Shown: one piece after another, positions 39,158 through 51,112 of the stretch
How the letters are laid out: each line of letters starts with the position of its first letter
How positions within the stretch are numbered: the stretch's first letter is position 1
DNA from: Phaeosaccion multiseriatum
Taxonomy: Eukaryota > Protista > Ochrophyta, other classes
Reading direction: 5' to 3'
Length of the DNA stretch: 64,000 nt
Assembly (NCBI GenBank): GCA_965112735.1
Contig: OZ218951.1
Span: forward strand, 5,642,001 to 5,706,000
Notes under the pieces: model-generated
Told to the model about the DNA's origin: nothing
What the model saw: only the letters and a program-made list of their open reading frames with translations
Database searches by the model: none
Position numbers and translations under genes: made by a program

Positions 39158-40579
39158 TGAGAGAGAGAGGGGCCATTGAGTGGAAGGGCACAGGCAGGCA
39201 GGTGGAGGCGGGCAGCAGCAAAGGCTAGACTAAGCTTTCACGAGACTTGCCTTTCACTCACGCTCTCAACCCACCACCCCACCCCACCCCACCCTACCCT
39301 ACCCTACCCCATGTACCCCATACCCCCTGTGGTAGGGTGTTCTTCGGCGAGGACGGCTCCAAGCAGCTCTCTCTGTCCGAGTTCAGCGCCTTCGTCAAGG
39401 AGCTGCGGGCAGAGGCTCTGAGGCTCCAGTTTCTGCAGTGGGACGCGGTGAGATGGGGGGGGGGGGATGGCAGTGGATGGTGGGGCGCTTAGTTCTTCAT
39501 CTTATTCAGGGAAGGAGGGAGGGAGAGAGCGATTTATGTATGAAAGGAAACTCTCTGACGCCATCTCCCCCCCCTGCCCCTCCTTCCCTCCTTCCCTCCT
39601 CCCGTCCTGTTGTTTTTTCAGGATGGATCTGGAGAACTTTCAGCCCTCGAGTTCGCCAACTTCCTCCTGACCACCGTTAGCGCCGACCGGGCATTGGAGA
39701 AGGTCAGTCAGTCAGTCAGTCAGTCAGTCAGTCAGTCAGTCAGTGAGTGAGCGAATGAGGGAGGGAGTGAGTGAGTGAGTGAGTAAGTGAGTGAGTGAGT
39801 GAGTGAGTGAGTGAGTGAGTGAGTGAGTGGAAGGGATCGGCCGGAGGGGGTCGGAGAGGAGTGAGAGGGGTGAGGGGAATGATGGGCGTGAGAGGGAGGA
39901 GGGGGAAGAGGGGGACGAGGGGGAAGAGGGCCTCAGCACTAAGAGGGAGAAAGCGGAAGAAAGAGGGCCTCATCTGTGGCCGTGGATAGGCTTCCATCTG
40001 CTTTATTTTGCTTTGCTTTGCCTCTGGTCCATTACCGGGAAGCTCCTGACACCCTCCCCCCCCTCCTCCCCCACCCCCCCTCCCTGCTTGCCCCCCTGCC
40101 CTCTGCTCCATGCCTATACGCCTGCCCAGCGTGTCAAGTCCCACCTGAGCCGCAACGAAGCCGCTCTGCAGGCCTTGGGAGTGAGCGTGTCCCTCAGCGA
40201 TTTCCTCGCCTACATGGGCTTCCTGTCCTATCTGGACGAGATGAAGGTGGCAATGTGGGTATCGGGTACCCAACTTTCCCTAGAAGGCTTCCTCAAGGCC
40301 GCGCGGGCCGCCACCATCAAAGCCAACAGGGAGGAGGGGGGGCGCAGTGAACCCTCCTCCCCAGGGGGGGTGGAGATCCCTCCCCCCGGGGTGTCTGAGA
40401 GCGTGGCCAAGGTGCTGTTCGCGCTGTTCGACGCAGATGGCGACGGCTGCCTGAGCTCGGATGAGTTCTTAGGCTTGATGGAGAGGCAGAAGGAGGGGGA
40501 GGACCCTTCCAGGGAGCTCGGCGTCGTGCACTTGCTCGCCACGCTGCTGGAGTGTGCTAGGCAAGAGGTGGCGTCGTGA
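36960..40579 (+). CDS. MICU1: Mitochondrial calcium uptake protein (MICU family, EF-hands); multi-exon
   Basis: 'YENRIRNFSPPERVFEYYAS...FMTPNDFARSITP'; EF-hands 'DLDGDGVLSFEEY', 'FHMFDRDDSGKIDEHEF' and 'FDADGDGCLSSDEF'. Confidence 0.85.
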
Positions 40580-41388
40580 GGAGAGAGGAGGAGAGGTGTA
40601 CAGGTACAGGGGAAAGGGCGGGGGGCAGGAGGGAGATGAGGGGTTCAGAGGAGCAACTTTGTCGAGTTATAGGAATCAACCTTAAGAATTACGTATGCGT
40701 GTGTGTGTGTGTGTGTCCCAGAGGAGCGGCCAGGGCGAGGGGTGTATGGGGATGAAGGAAGGGAGGAAAGAAGGGAGGGGGGGAGGAAGGAACGTTTGGG
40801 GTCTATGGAAATGGCGGACGAAGGGCCACCCCATCTATGGCTGTGCTGTTTACGGACCACACACCATGACACACCATGAAAACAACACGTGTTGGGTCTT
40901 CGACTTTCAAGAGAGAAGTTCGGGCCGCGCAGGCCCCACACAAGGGGGGGGTCTACCACTTGGGGTCTACCACTTGGGGTCTACGCTTGCAAGTGGCCGG
41001 GGGAACGGTGTTGATTATTTTTTTTTAATTAAAATTAAAAATAATAATTTATAATTTATAGCAAAATTAATTATTGCAAAAATTATCATCAAAATAATGA
41101 GAAGCGCAGACACAATCATGTAGCAACGAAGGAGACCGATGCCACCACCACAACGGGTGGAAGCCAGGGCAAGGTTGGACCCTCCTGAGTCTTCAGACGC
41201 TGTTCCTTTTGGAGCAAGCACAGAAGCTTCGATGTCAAAGGGGGGGGGGAAATGACAAGGTCGCGTACACTGAAAACTGAAGACTGCGCCATCTGCGTCT
41301 GCTCGGAGCATAAGAGAGAGCCCATGAAAGTCAGCCATGCTCGTCGTGACGTCATGCTCTTCCGCTCCACCTCCCCCGCTGCGCTTGC

Positions 41389-42733
41389 CTATCTCAAGGG
41401 CACTGCTGCTGTATCACCAACTGCTGCCGTATCACCAACTGCTGCTGCTGCCGTACCACCGACTGCTGCTGTATCACCAACTGCTGCGTCTGCGTGGAGG
41501 TGCCCCAGCAGCAGGCGTGCGTGGCCCTTCTTAAGGCCCTGCTCCTCCACGAGCTCGGCCTCCGTCACCATCTGCAGAGAGGCCCAGCTGTCGAAGCCGT
41601 CAGCGCACAGGGCCTTACTGTAGCGAGTGGCTTCTTCCTCCGGGATGCCCAACGAGCGCAACCAACGAGGAAGTCGGGCGGGGCTGGACAGGCAGGGGGG
41701 GTCGGCCGGGGGGGCCGGCCGGGGAGGAGGAGGAGGAGGAGAAGCAGCCGCGGAGGGCGGGAGGGGCTTCGCCGCGCCGCTCCAAGCACTGCTGCTGCTG
41801 TGTTTTCCCGGGCCACTGCCATTCGAGGGAGCGAAAGCTGTGTGTGGCGCTGGCCATCGCTGCGGCTCATCTCCTGGCTTGGCGCTGCCCTGCTGTTGGC
41901 CAGATCGATCCGGGATGGGTGGTGGCCCAAAGTGACTCTTGTCGTCCGCCTCATCAGCCTCGGAGGACGTACACGGAGACGCTTGGCCCGAGCCGCACAG
42001 TAACGCGTGGCCGGTCCCCGCTGCGTCTCCTCCCGTACCCTCTACATCGAAGAGATCACTCTGCCCCTCCTCAATCCCGTCCGTCCCATCCTCCTCCTCT
42101 TCCTCCTCCTCCTCCTCCTCCTCCTCCTCCTCCTCCTCCTCCTCCTCCTCCTCCTCCTCCTCCTCCTCCTCCTGCTGCTGCTGCTGCTCGCCTCTCCTAT
42201 CCTCCTCAGTGCTCCATCGTTCAACCGAGTCCTCCGCACTCCTCTCTTCCTGCTGGAGCACCGTCTCCTTGAGACTAATCAAATCACCTTGTCCTTCCTC
42301 CTCCTCCTCCTCCTCCTCCTCCTCCTCCTCCTCCTCCTCCTCCTCCTCCTCCTCCTCCTCCTCCTCCTCCCCCTCTTCCTCTCCACCCCCCTCCTCCTCC
42401 TGTTGCTGCTCCTCCTCCTTCTCCTCCTCTTCCTCTCCACCCCCCCCCTCCTCCTGCTGCAGCCCCCCCTCCCTTTCCTTCTGCCCCTCCCCCTCCCCCT
42501 GCTCCAGCCTCTCTATCTCCGCACACATGTCCGTGAGCTCAGCCTGCAGCTCCATTGCTTGAGTCAGGGCCGCGTCCACTTCCCTCTCTGCCTCATCTGC
42601 CTCACGTGTCGTCCGAGCCAGCCGCTCCTCCAAAGCAGTCGGTGGTACGGCAGGTGGTGGTACGGCAGGTGGTGTCACTGCCAGCCCCTCCGCCGACCCA
42701 AGCACCGCCCCGTCCTCCCGATGTATCACCAAC

Positions 42734-42766
<33 letters not shown>

Positions 42767-45367
42767 GGGTGGTCTGAGAAGAGCAGATAGCTCCCATCGG
42801 CAGCGGCAGAGGCAGAGGCGGAGGCGGAGGCAGCGCGGCGCAGGCGTGACAGAGCAGGAAGAGCAGAGAGTCGCTGCAAAGAGACACTCAAGCTCAAGCT
42901 GCCCCCGAGGAGACCCCTGCCTGCCATGCCTGCCATGCCTGCCATGCCTGCCGCCCCCGTGGACTGGCTGCTTCCTCTCGCCTCCTTCACAGCTCGGAGC
43001 TCTGGTGCTGCTGCTGGTGCTGCTGCCACTTCCCCTGCTTTCGCCGCCGCGTGCTCCTCTCCCCGCCGGCACCACTCATCCCATAAGGGGTCATCGTCAG
43101 TGCCGTCTGCCGCCCCCCCCTGGGAACCCCCGCCGCCACCCCCCCCTCCCGCCTCTGCTGCCTTCTCCTCGTCGCGGTCCATAAGCTCGTACGGGACATC
43201 GGCGTGGAAAGCTCTCCAGCGTTTTGGGGCGATTTGCACCACCTGAAAGGCGCCTCCCCTGAGCCGGAGCCCGTTGGCCCAATTGGCCGCACTCGCCATC
43301 TGTAAGAAGAGCGCCACACGGTCGGTTTCCGCCTCCAGCATGTTTCCGCTATCGTTTATCACCACCCACCGGGAGACGTCAGCAGGCATATGGGCAACAG
43401 GAACATGGGCAGGCATATGGGCAGGCTTGGCTCCTTTCAGCTCCTCCTGGCCGCCCTCCTCCTCCTTCTCTCGCCCTGCCGTGCCCCCACCAACCACTGT
43501 ATCACCAACTGTTACATCTGAGCCCTTGCCCCCGAGCAGCTCCACGACGTCGTCATGCCCGCCTGCCCTGGCGAGGTCGAGAGGGGTCCTCCCCCACGCG
43601 TCCTCCACCTCAAGGAGACCACTGCCCGTACCACTGCTGCTGCTGCTGCTGCTGCTGTGTGCACTCTCTGCCGCTACCGCTGCTGCCGCCCCAACCCCAA
43701 GCAATCTGCGGACGCATTTGACAGAGCCGTCGAGGCAGGCCAAGTGCAGGGGGGTGCGTCCATCGCGGTCTACAGCCAAGTGCAGGGGGGTACGTCTGCC
43801 GCGGTCCACAGCCCCAGCCACGCCCGCCCTGGGCCACAGGAGTTCGCGGACACAGCCTGTTCGGCGCGGTGCACACAATCATATATACATACGCACACAC
43901 GCATACACATACACATACATACACACACATTCATCGAGTACAAAGGCGTTAGAGAGCGGCAGCCATATGTGTGGAGGAGGGGCGTGTAGGGGGTACAGAG
44001 GGAGGTGTATGGGGAGAGCCCTCGGTTCCGGGTCAGGCCCCCAACTAGAGCTTGGCGGCGCAGGGTAGGGTAGGGCAGGTCAGCAGGTCAGCCCCCAAGC
44101 CTATTCAAGAGAGCCGAGAGCAGACCGTCAAAGCGCCCATGAGGAAGGCTCTGATGCTTAGCCAGTCAAGACTAGAACGAGGTCCTTTCGAGGCAAAGAG
44201 CATTCCCACAGAGACCCTCCGACCTCCGCTACGGAGTCGAGCAGGCTGGACTTGACGAGGCTGGCCCACCACTTTGCAAAGGACGTCCACAAGCTCACAG
44301 CCTGCCCACCTCCTCCAACTCCCCCACGTACCTTCTGCCCCGGCCTCGCAGGCGAAGTGAAGGGCTGTGCGTTGATCCAATGCCCGAGCCTCTGGACTTG
44401 CCCCAGCCCCAAGCAGCGCCGCGCAGCCCTGCCACGAACCGCTCATGCACAACAGGTGCAGCGGGGTGTGGCCGCGCCTCCGGGCGAAGGGGGAGGGGTT
44501 GGCCCCTGCCCTAAGCAAGGCCGTCAGCGCAGGCACACTGCCTCCCTCTGCAGCCGCATGCAGAGGTGTCCATCCGTCCGCCTGCCTTGGGGCGTTGACG
44601 TCGAGGAGGGGTATGCCGTCCTCGCCCCTGGCCTCGAGGAGCCGCTTGAGCTTGCTGAGGTTACCCGTGGCGGCGGCGGCGAAGAGCTCCTCCGTCAGGG
44701 ATGTGGGGGAGGAGGAAGGGGAGGAGAGAGACGTATCTTCCTCCTCGCCGTCCGCTGCCATCCCCGGCCCTCCTCCTCCTCCTCCTCCTCCTCCTCCTCC
44801 TCCTCGGTCCTCGCCCCAGTCGGTTTCGGAACCTTTTCTCCGCTCCAGAAGCCCGCCCCTCCCTTCTCCTCCATCGTGGAAGGCCCACGCCCCTGTCCCC
44901 TTCCCACAGCCCTTGTTGACGCTGCTACTGCGTTGGAATGGCGGAGTGACGGGCGGCTCTTGCTGCAGCCTGTAGTCGGAATCATCCGCCCCCGCCAGCT
45001 CCTCCTTAATGTCGCCCCACAGCTTGCCGTGGTCGGCGTGCTGCCCGCTGCCCCTCCCCGCTGCCCGCGCTGCCTCCCCGATCTGCTTGCCCAGCTTCAC
45101 GCTGGCGTCGGTTCCCTTCTGCACCAGCGTCGAGCTCGCTGACCGAAGCTTCGCCATGAAGCCCCCCCTGCTTCCCCCTGTGCTGCTGCTGCTGCTGCTG
45201 GTGGTGGTGGTAGTGGTGCTCCTGCTCCGCTCAACTTCAGCGGGAGGGGTTTCTCTTCGCTCTCCTCCTCCTCCTCGTCTCCCCCCACCCTCCTCCTGCC
45301 CCCCGTCCCCATTTTCTCGCTCCTGAAAGGCATGGTAGGAAGACGTCGGCTCCAGAGGCTCGGGCAT
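41389..45367 (-). CDS. Ankyrin-repeat + coiled-coil + SAM-domain protein; multi-exon (true start may be an upstream exon near 46454)
   Basis: Ankyrin repeats 'DGWTPLHAAAEGG', 'GHTPLHLLC', 'GRTPLHLAC'; SAM-like 'LPRWLRSLGI...YSKALCADGFDSWASLQMVTEAELVEEQGLKKGHARLLL'. Confidence 0.75.
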
Positions 45368-46337
45368 GCTCCTTGCGCTCTCCGCTCGCCGCCTCACTCA
45401 GCCATGACATGAAACGGAAACAGACCTATTTATTTCGCCGCTGCTGGAGCTGGCGCTCCTTCTAAGCCCCTTCCTTTGAGGAGAGTAGTAAATACACCTC
45501 CACCAAGCGACGTTTAAGGGGATTATTAGCAAGGCACACTGCAGGGGAAGCCAGGGAAGGAACACTCTCTCTTCTTCCCCTCTCCCCACGACTCATTCAT
45601 TGACTTCCCCGGTTTTTTAATTCTCCCTTGTGTTTTAAAACCTTTGTGTTTTGAAGGTCTTGGCCATGGCGATACCGCTGCTGACGCTGCTCTTTCTTGG
45701 GGGGACAGTGTGCGAGGGTAGAATGGTGCTAATGGGAGGTAAGACAGCAGGCCAGGGGAAGAGAGGAGAAGGAATGGTTTATTTTGTTCCCCTCCCCCCT
45801 CTCCCCCTCTCTTCCCTTCCCTCTCTTTCACCACGTTGACCTTGATCCTTCTCCTCGCCCTCTCTTGTCCCTCTCACCAGACTCCTTAACCGATGATGGA
45901 AACTTGTGAGTGGTGGATCGGGAGCTTCTTTTCACCGTTCTGTGCGGGAAGGCAGTCCAGGCAGCGAAAGAGAGCGGCGCCACCAGCTATGTCGCACGGC
46001 ACCTCGGTGTGGCTGCGTCTCACGGCCGCACCCCTCGCGCCAACATTTCGATGCGCACAGTTGCTGACGACGAGACACACGTCGGCAGACAGTCGTCGGT
46101 TTAAGGGTACTGAAGGGAGTGGAGGGGAGAAAAAAAAAAAAAAAAAAAAAAGGGGGAGAAGAAGAAAGGCACCTTGATGCCGCCCCCACCCATTCTGTCC
46201 CTGTGCCATTGTTCTCTTCGCGCTCCTTCCTCCCAACAACCTCCGCTCGATTGAACCATTGCCCCACAACCCGAACAAACAGCCTGAAGCAGTGTGAGTA
46301 CCGGGCCCCAGCCTGGAGCAGTGTGATGCCTCCCTTC

Positions 46338-46373
<36 letters not shown>

Positions 46374-46702
46374 GAGCCACAGGCGTGGGGCGGCTCTCTC
46401 ACTTTGATGCACTTCATCCGGCGGCGGCCGCCGGGAGGTCAGGATACCGCCCATCGCAGCTACCTTCGCGTCTCGCTGCCGACAGCCAACCCGCTCGGCG
46501 GTTGGAGTAGGAGGTGAGGAGCGAGCTGGGTGTAAGCAGAAGGGCCTTGCAGCTTGCAGGAAGGCCGAGGGACAGAGGCCGCAGCGCGGAATGTGGGCTG
46601 TTTTGACGACATTGTACAATATTGCTTGTGGACCGGGGCGGTGTGTCGGCCACCCCGGGGGATGAGTATTGCGCGGGAGGCCAGATGATCCTCTCGCCCT
46701 GG

Positions 46703-47108
46703 TCGACCCCTGACACGCTATCCGCTAACGCTATCGCCGGCGCCAGCCGGCACGCTATCCGCTATCTCCGGCGCGCTATCCGCTATCGCCGGCGCAGCCG
46801 GCTCGCTATCCGCTATCGCCGGCGCGCAGCCGGCTCGCTATCCGCTATCGCCGGCGCCAGCCGGCGCGCTATCCGCTATCGCCAGCGTCAGCTGCTACCG
46901 CACCGGGGGGGGGGGGGGGGGGGAGAGCTGACGCCAGCCGGCGCGCTATCCGCTATCGGCCGGCGCCAGCCGGCACGCTATCCGCTATCGGCCGGCGCCA
47001 GCCGGCACGCTATCCGCTATTGGCCGGCGGCCGATAGCGCGCTATCGGGCCCGCCGGGGCGCGATAGCGCGCTATCGAGAATGTGAGCGATAGCGTGTCA
47101 GGGGTCGA
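46703..47108. mobile_element. Non-autonomous TIR DNA element (MITE-like), 406 bp, with 7-bp TSD
   Basis: Perfect 20-bp TIR TCGACCCCTGACACGCTATC / GATAGCGTGTCAGGGGTCGA; flanking direct repeat GCCCTGG (46696-46702, 47109-47115); internal tandem CGCTATCCGCTATC motifs. Confidence 0.85.
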
Positions 47109-47402
47109 GCCCTGGCTCGCCTCGCGCCGCACGGGCATACGGGCATGCAGCTGTCTTGCATGGGCCAAGGCCAGCAGCCGAGCAGCCGGCCGCACAGCAG
47201 AAGCACCAGAGCAAGGGGTCACGTCGCTTGGACCGCGACGGGCAGGAGGGATGTTTTTTCGTTTTTCGCTGTTGTTGTTGGGTGAGTGCGTGTGTGTTCG
47301 TTTCGTGACTTACTACACGATTGATTTCTCTCACCTTGCGCATCCACCCAACTCTCTCTTCTTCCACATCTTCCTCAAGAATATACCACCCTAAGAGAAA
47401 AA

Positions 47403-48483
47403 ATGAAGCTTTTCACTGCGTTGCTGGTGCTTGTGGCGAGCCTGGGGCTGTCGGCGGCCTTTCAGGTGCGTGTTAAAGCGGACATAACCTGATGGACTTA
47501 CGACTGACGATGCAACAGTGAGATGCAACAAGGAGAGATTTGATTCCAATATCTCTCTCTCCATAAGCATAACCACGCCTTCATATCGCGACACATTACT
47601 TGTCCTTTACCTCCTTGCGAAGTACTCGTTGTTGCTCGTGCCCCCTCTCTTGCAAGCCGCCCTCTTGATGAATAATCATACCCTTGCCCCTAATGCCCCT
47701 GGTTGAGTTTTCTCTTCCATGGCCCATTCGCAAACGCTGGTATCTGTCCACCGTGCGCATTCCTTCTCAATTGACAAGACGTTCACTAATCTCACGGCGC
47801 TGATGCACTCTCCGGTGCCCCTGTCTCCCTTCGTGCTCTCAGATGTCAGTTTCGCCGCCGCGAGCCTCGTCCTCGCTGAACACGCGTACTTCGGCTCGGT
47901 ATCATCAGCAGCAGCAGTTGTGCGTGCAGCAGCGCCCCCTGACTCAGCACAACCTGGGAGGGGGTGTGGGACGGCGCTCTCTCCTGGTGAGAAACATGTT
48001 TGGAGACGATCCCAACGCCCCCCGGATCACGCGCGACAGGGAAGAGGAGGCCGAGTACTTTGAGACCAATCTGGATAAGGTGAGTGAGTGAGTGAGTGAG
48101 TGAGTGAGTGACTCTTACTAGCAATCAGAAAGCTGCTATCAGAGAGCGCTTCAATTACTCCATATCCACTCCGACATTGACTGCGCACTTCTCCCCTCTG
48201 CCAAGGCTACGACGGCTGAGAAGCTCAAGGATCCGGTCCTGCTCATCGCCTTCGGATGGCTCTTCTCCATGGCCATAGTTGGTGAGAAAAGAAGAGATCT
48301 CCGCATCCATGCCCTCAGTGTCGTGTCATTCGAAGGACAAGATCGCCAGAGCCGGGTGATGCACCCATGTCTCCACTCATGTCTCTAAATGCCCGCCCCT
48401 TCTTGTTCCCGTGTATGTGCCGCTTCCCCCGACCCGACTTGCTACGCGCAGCTACGGTCTTTATCCTCAAGGGCGTAGAGTAG
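47403..48483 (+). CDS. Small plastid-targeted single-TM protein (exons 47403-47465, 47843-48079, 48206-48281, 48452-48483)
   Basis: Signal MKLFTALLVLVASLGLSAA|FQ (ASAFAP-type), transit peptide, mature part 'FGDDPNAPRITRDREEEAEYFETNLDKATTAEKLKDPVLLIAFGWLFSMAIVATVFILKGVE'. All three GT-AG introns splice in frame. Confidence 0.75.
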
Positions 48484-48812
48484 ACTCGCTGCTTCCGCCG
48501 CCGCTGGCGAGTCGTCTGTCACTGATTGACTGACACTGACCTTCCCTGTGAGGGTGGCACGGTCTCCTCAGCTGCGTTCTTCCTCCCGAGCCACGGACGG
48601 GGTCGCGCGAGGGGACAAAGAGGGGTTATTGGGGGGGGGGGGGGAAGGCAGCAATGCTATATACATACACCGGACTTTGTTGATGGCAACAAATGACCGA
48701 CACTAGACAACGTTAGAGATACACGGAAGGGGGGGTGGGAGGCGGGCAGCAGCTTAACGAGGACGGGCGCCTAGTCTCGTGTGACGTGACCATCACGTCG
48801 TATTTATGTTCT

Positions 48813-49220
48813 TCAGCAGTCAAGCGTTCCAGACTTGGGGGGGATGGCGGGGTGAGAGGGCCCATCGACGCTGCAATAGTTGGTGTCAAGAGACTCTGCT
48901 GCTTTGATTGGGCCGTAGGGGCAGGATACGACACTGGAACAAACCAACGGTCTGCGTAAGAAAGTAACGACAGGAGAGAAGGGGAAGGGGAGCAACGATG
49001 TGATGGCACCCGCACCAGCACGGCACTGACACAGGAGCAGAGGCCGGTGGAGGCGTCACGGAGGAGGAGTAGACTCTGGCAGTGGGCAGGTGAAGGACGG
49101 GCAGTAGAAGTAGGACAAGGAGGAAATGGGTAGCAAGAGGAGCAGTAGTGCTGCCAGCTGGAGGCGAAGAGCACCGTCTGGGGCGGCGCTGAAGCGAAGC
49201 CAAGCGAGGGCAGCTGACAT
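48813..49220 (-). CDS. Small putatively secreted cysteine-rich protein (99 aa; exons 49220-49060, 48951-48813)
   Basis: Hydrophobic signal-like LQLAALLLLLLPISSLS, then six Cys; a 108-bp GT-AG intron joins the two ORFs in frame. Confidence 0.45.
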
Positions 49221-49622
49221 GATCCCTTGATACGATAGCAAAGGTGTTCCATTACGGGAATATGATTCGTTCGAGCGTGCCTCTCTCTCTCAAGCTGCTC
49301 CACGCCGTCGGGCGACACGCATCGGCATGGATTGTCGCTCCTCCCTCATGTTTGCACTCATTTACCCGTGTCCGTCAATCCGTCGCTTCCCCTCTGTGAG
49401 CTTTGCAACACTCCTCCTCTTCTCCTTGCCCCACCAGCGAGCGAGCAGAAAGGCCCACTCGCCGCCCTGTCCTGTGCCTTGTCTGTCGATGTCTGTCTGT
49501 CTACCGATCGACAGGGACAGAACAGGCACAGCGGCGAGAGGGGGTGTGGGTAAGGAGCGAAGGGCTGCCATCCGTGCGTGCGGAGAAGGGGGCAGACACA
49601 GGAAAGCTGGTGCATTGCATAC

Positions 49623-49660
49623 TGTCTCAGTGATCAAGGGTGGTGTTTAAAAACACCAGT
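49623..49660 (-). promoter_or_regulatory. H2B 3' histone-type stem-loop + downstream CACTGAGACA element
   Basis: Minus strand ACT-GGTGTT-TTTA-AACACC-ACCC-TTGAT-CACTGAGACA; matches the H2A 3' element. Confidence 0.8.
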
Positions 49661-49726
49661 GTGTTGGTTCTTGTTCGTCGTGCGTGCGGCAGTGGGCCGC
49701 CGACGAGACCAAAAAAGCCAGGCTCC

Positions 49727-50358
49727 TTAAGTGCTGGTGAACTTGGTGACGGCCTTGGTGCCCTCCGACACGGCGTGCTTGGCCAGCTCACCGGGGAGCA
49801 TGAGGCGGACGGCGGTCTGGATCTCCCTGGAGGAGAGGGTGGACTTCTTGTTGTAGCGGGTGAGCTTGCCGGCCTCGGAGGCGATGCGCTCGAACACGTC
49901 GTTGATGAAGGAGTTCATGATGGACATGCCCCTCTTGGAGATTCCGGTGTCGGGGTGCACCTGCTTGAGCACCTTGTAGATGTAGGAGCTGTCATGTGTT
50001 GTGCGGGGGTGGGGTGGGGGAAGGGGGGGGAGAGGGGAGAGGGGTTGGTGTGGTGTTGCTGCTTTGAGCAAGTGCCTTCTCCCTCCTCAGAGAGGGAGCC
50101 TGTCTAGGTAGGTAAGCCGCCCCGCCCCCCCTTTCTCCTCCTCAGACAGGGAGCCTGTCTTAGGTAGGCAGTAGCCGCCCCCCCTTCCTCTCCGCCCCGT
50201 CCCTCCCGGCTCTCTCTCTCCAAATCAAAGGCAGCCCCGCTTTCCCGCCTGCTCTCCTTCCCGCACCTGTAGCTCTCAGTCCTCTTGGACCTCTTCTTCT
50301 TGCCGTCCCCAGCCTTCTTGGGAGTCTTGGCGCTCTTCTTTGCGGGAGTCTTAGCCAT
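49727..50358 (-). CDS. H2B: Histone H2B (exons 50358-50267, 49988-49727)
   Basis: MAKTPAKK...[31 protein letters not shown]...[15 protein letters not shown]; one phase-2 GT-AG intron. Confidence 0.97.
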
Positions 50359-50453
50359 GGTGGAGAGAGTGCTTCTTCTGGAGGGAAGGAGAGGGGGTGG
50401 TGTTGTGACAGCAGTCGAGCATCTCACAGCCCCATCACAGGAATGTCGAGATA

Positions 50454-50576
50454 CGCGCCAAAAACACTTCCGGGTCGTAATACGCGCGAATTCACAGGCC
50501 GAAAGTAACGGCAGCGCGCGGCTCGCGGGAATAGCCCCAGGGGGGGACGGGCGAAGGGGGAATGGGATTTTCGCGC
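50454..50576. promoter_or_regulatory. Bidirectional H2B/H2A promoter with E2F-like sites
   Basis: CGCGCCAAAA (50454), CGCGCGAA (50483), CGCGGGAA (50524) and TTTTCGCGC (50568) resemble TTTSSCGC. Confidence 0.45.
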
Positions 50577-50637
50577 TCGGCTGCAGGGGCCCTCACACAA
50601 ACAGCTTTGCTTCGCTTAAAGCAAGAGTACTGCCACC

Positions 50638-51018
50638 ATGTCTGGAAAGGGAAAGGGAGGTCGAGGAGATGGGAAGAAGTCTACGAGCAGCAGTGCCAAG
50701 GCGGGCCTGCAGTTCCCCGTGGCGCGTATGGGCCGCTACCTCAAGGTCGGGCGCTACGCCCAGCGCACCGGAGCCGGAGCACCCGTGTACATGGCCGCCG
50801 TGCTCGAGTACCTGTGCGCCGAGATCCTGGAGCTGGCCGGCAACGCCGCCAGGGACAACAAGAAGAGCCGCATCATTCCCCGCCACATCCAGCTGGCCGT
50901 GAGGAACGATGAGGAGCTCAACAAGCTGTTGGGCCAGGTCACCATCGCCTCCGGCGGTGTGCTGCCCAACATCCACGCTGTGCTTCTGCCCAAGAAGACC
51001 AAGTCTGCCAAGAAGTAA
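50638..51018 (+). CDS. H2A: Histone H2A (canonical type, intronless)
   Basis: [10 protein letters not shown]...[10 protein letters not shown]...[15 protein letters not shown]...[20 protein letters not shown]. Confidence 0.98.
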   Translation: MSGKGKGGRGDGKKSTSSSAKAGLQFPVARMGRYLKVGRYAQRTGAGAPVYMAAVLEYLCAEILELAGNAARDNKKSRIIPRHIQLAVRNDEELNKLLGQVTIASGGVLPNIHAVLLPKKTKSAKK

Positions 51019-51112
51019 AGCAGCCTTTGCTCTTTGCAGCACGGCCCTCGTCCACTGCTCGAGAGAGCACCGGGGGAGCCTGCTTCTCGCGTCGACGACA
51101 CAACACAACCAA

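Noticed and set aside
41270-41330. RING-like 'EDCAICVC' on the plus strand
   Set aside because: The remaining RING Cys/His ligands are absent and there is no gene context.
46720-47030. CRISPR-like array of ~29-bp repeats
   Set aside because: No unique spacers, no cas genes, eukaryotic context; bounded by TIRs and a TSD.
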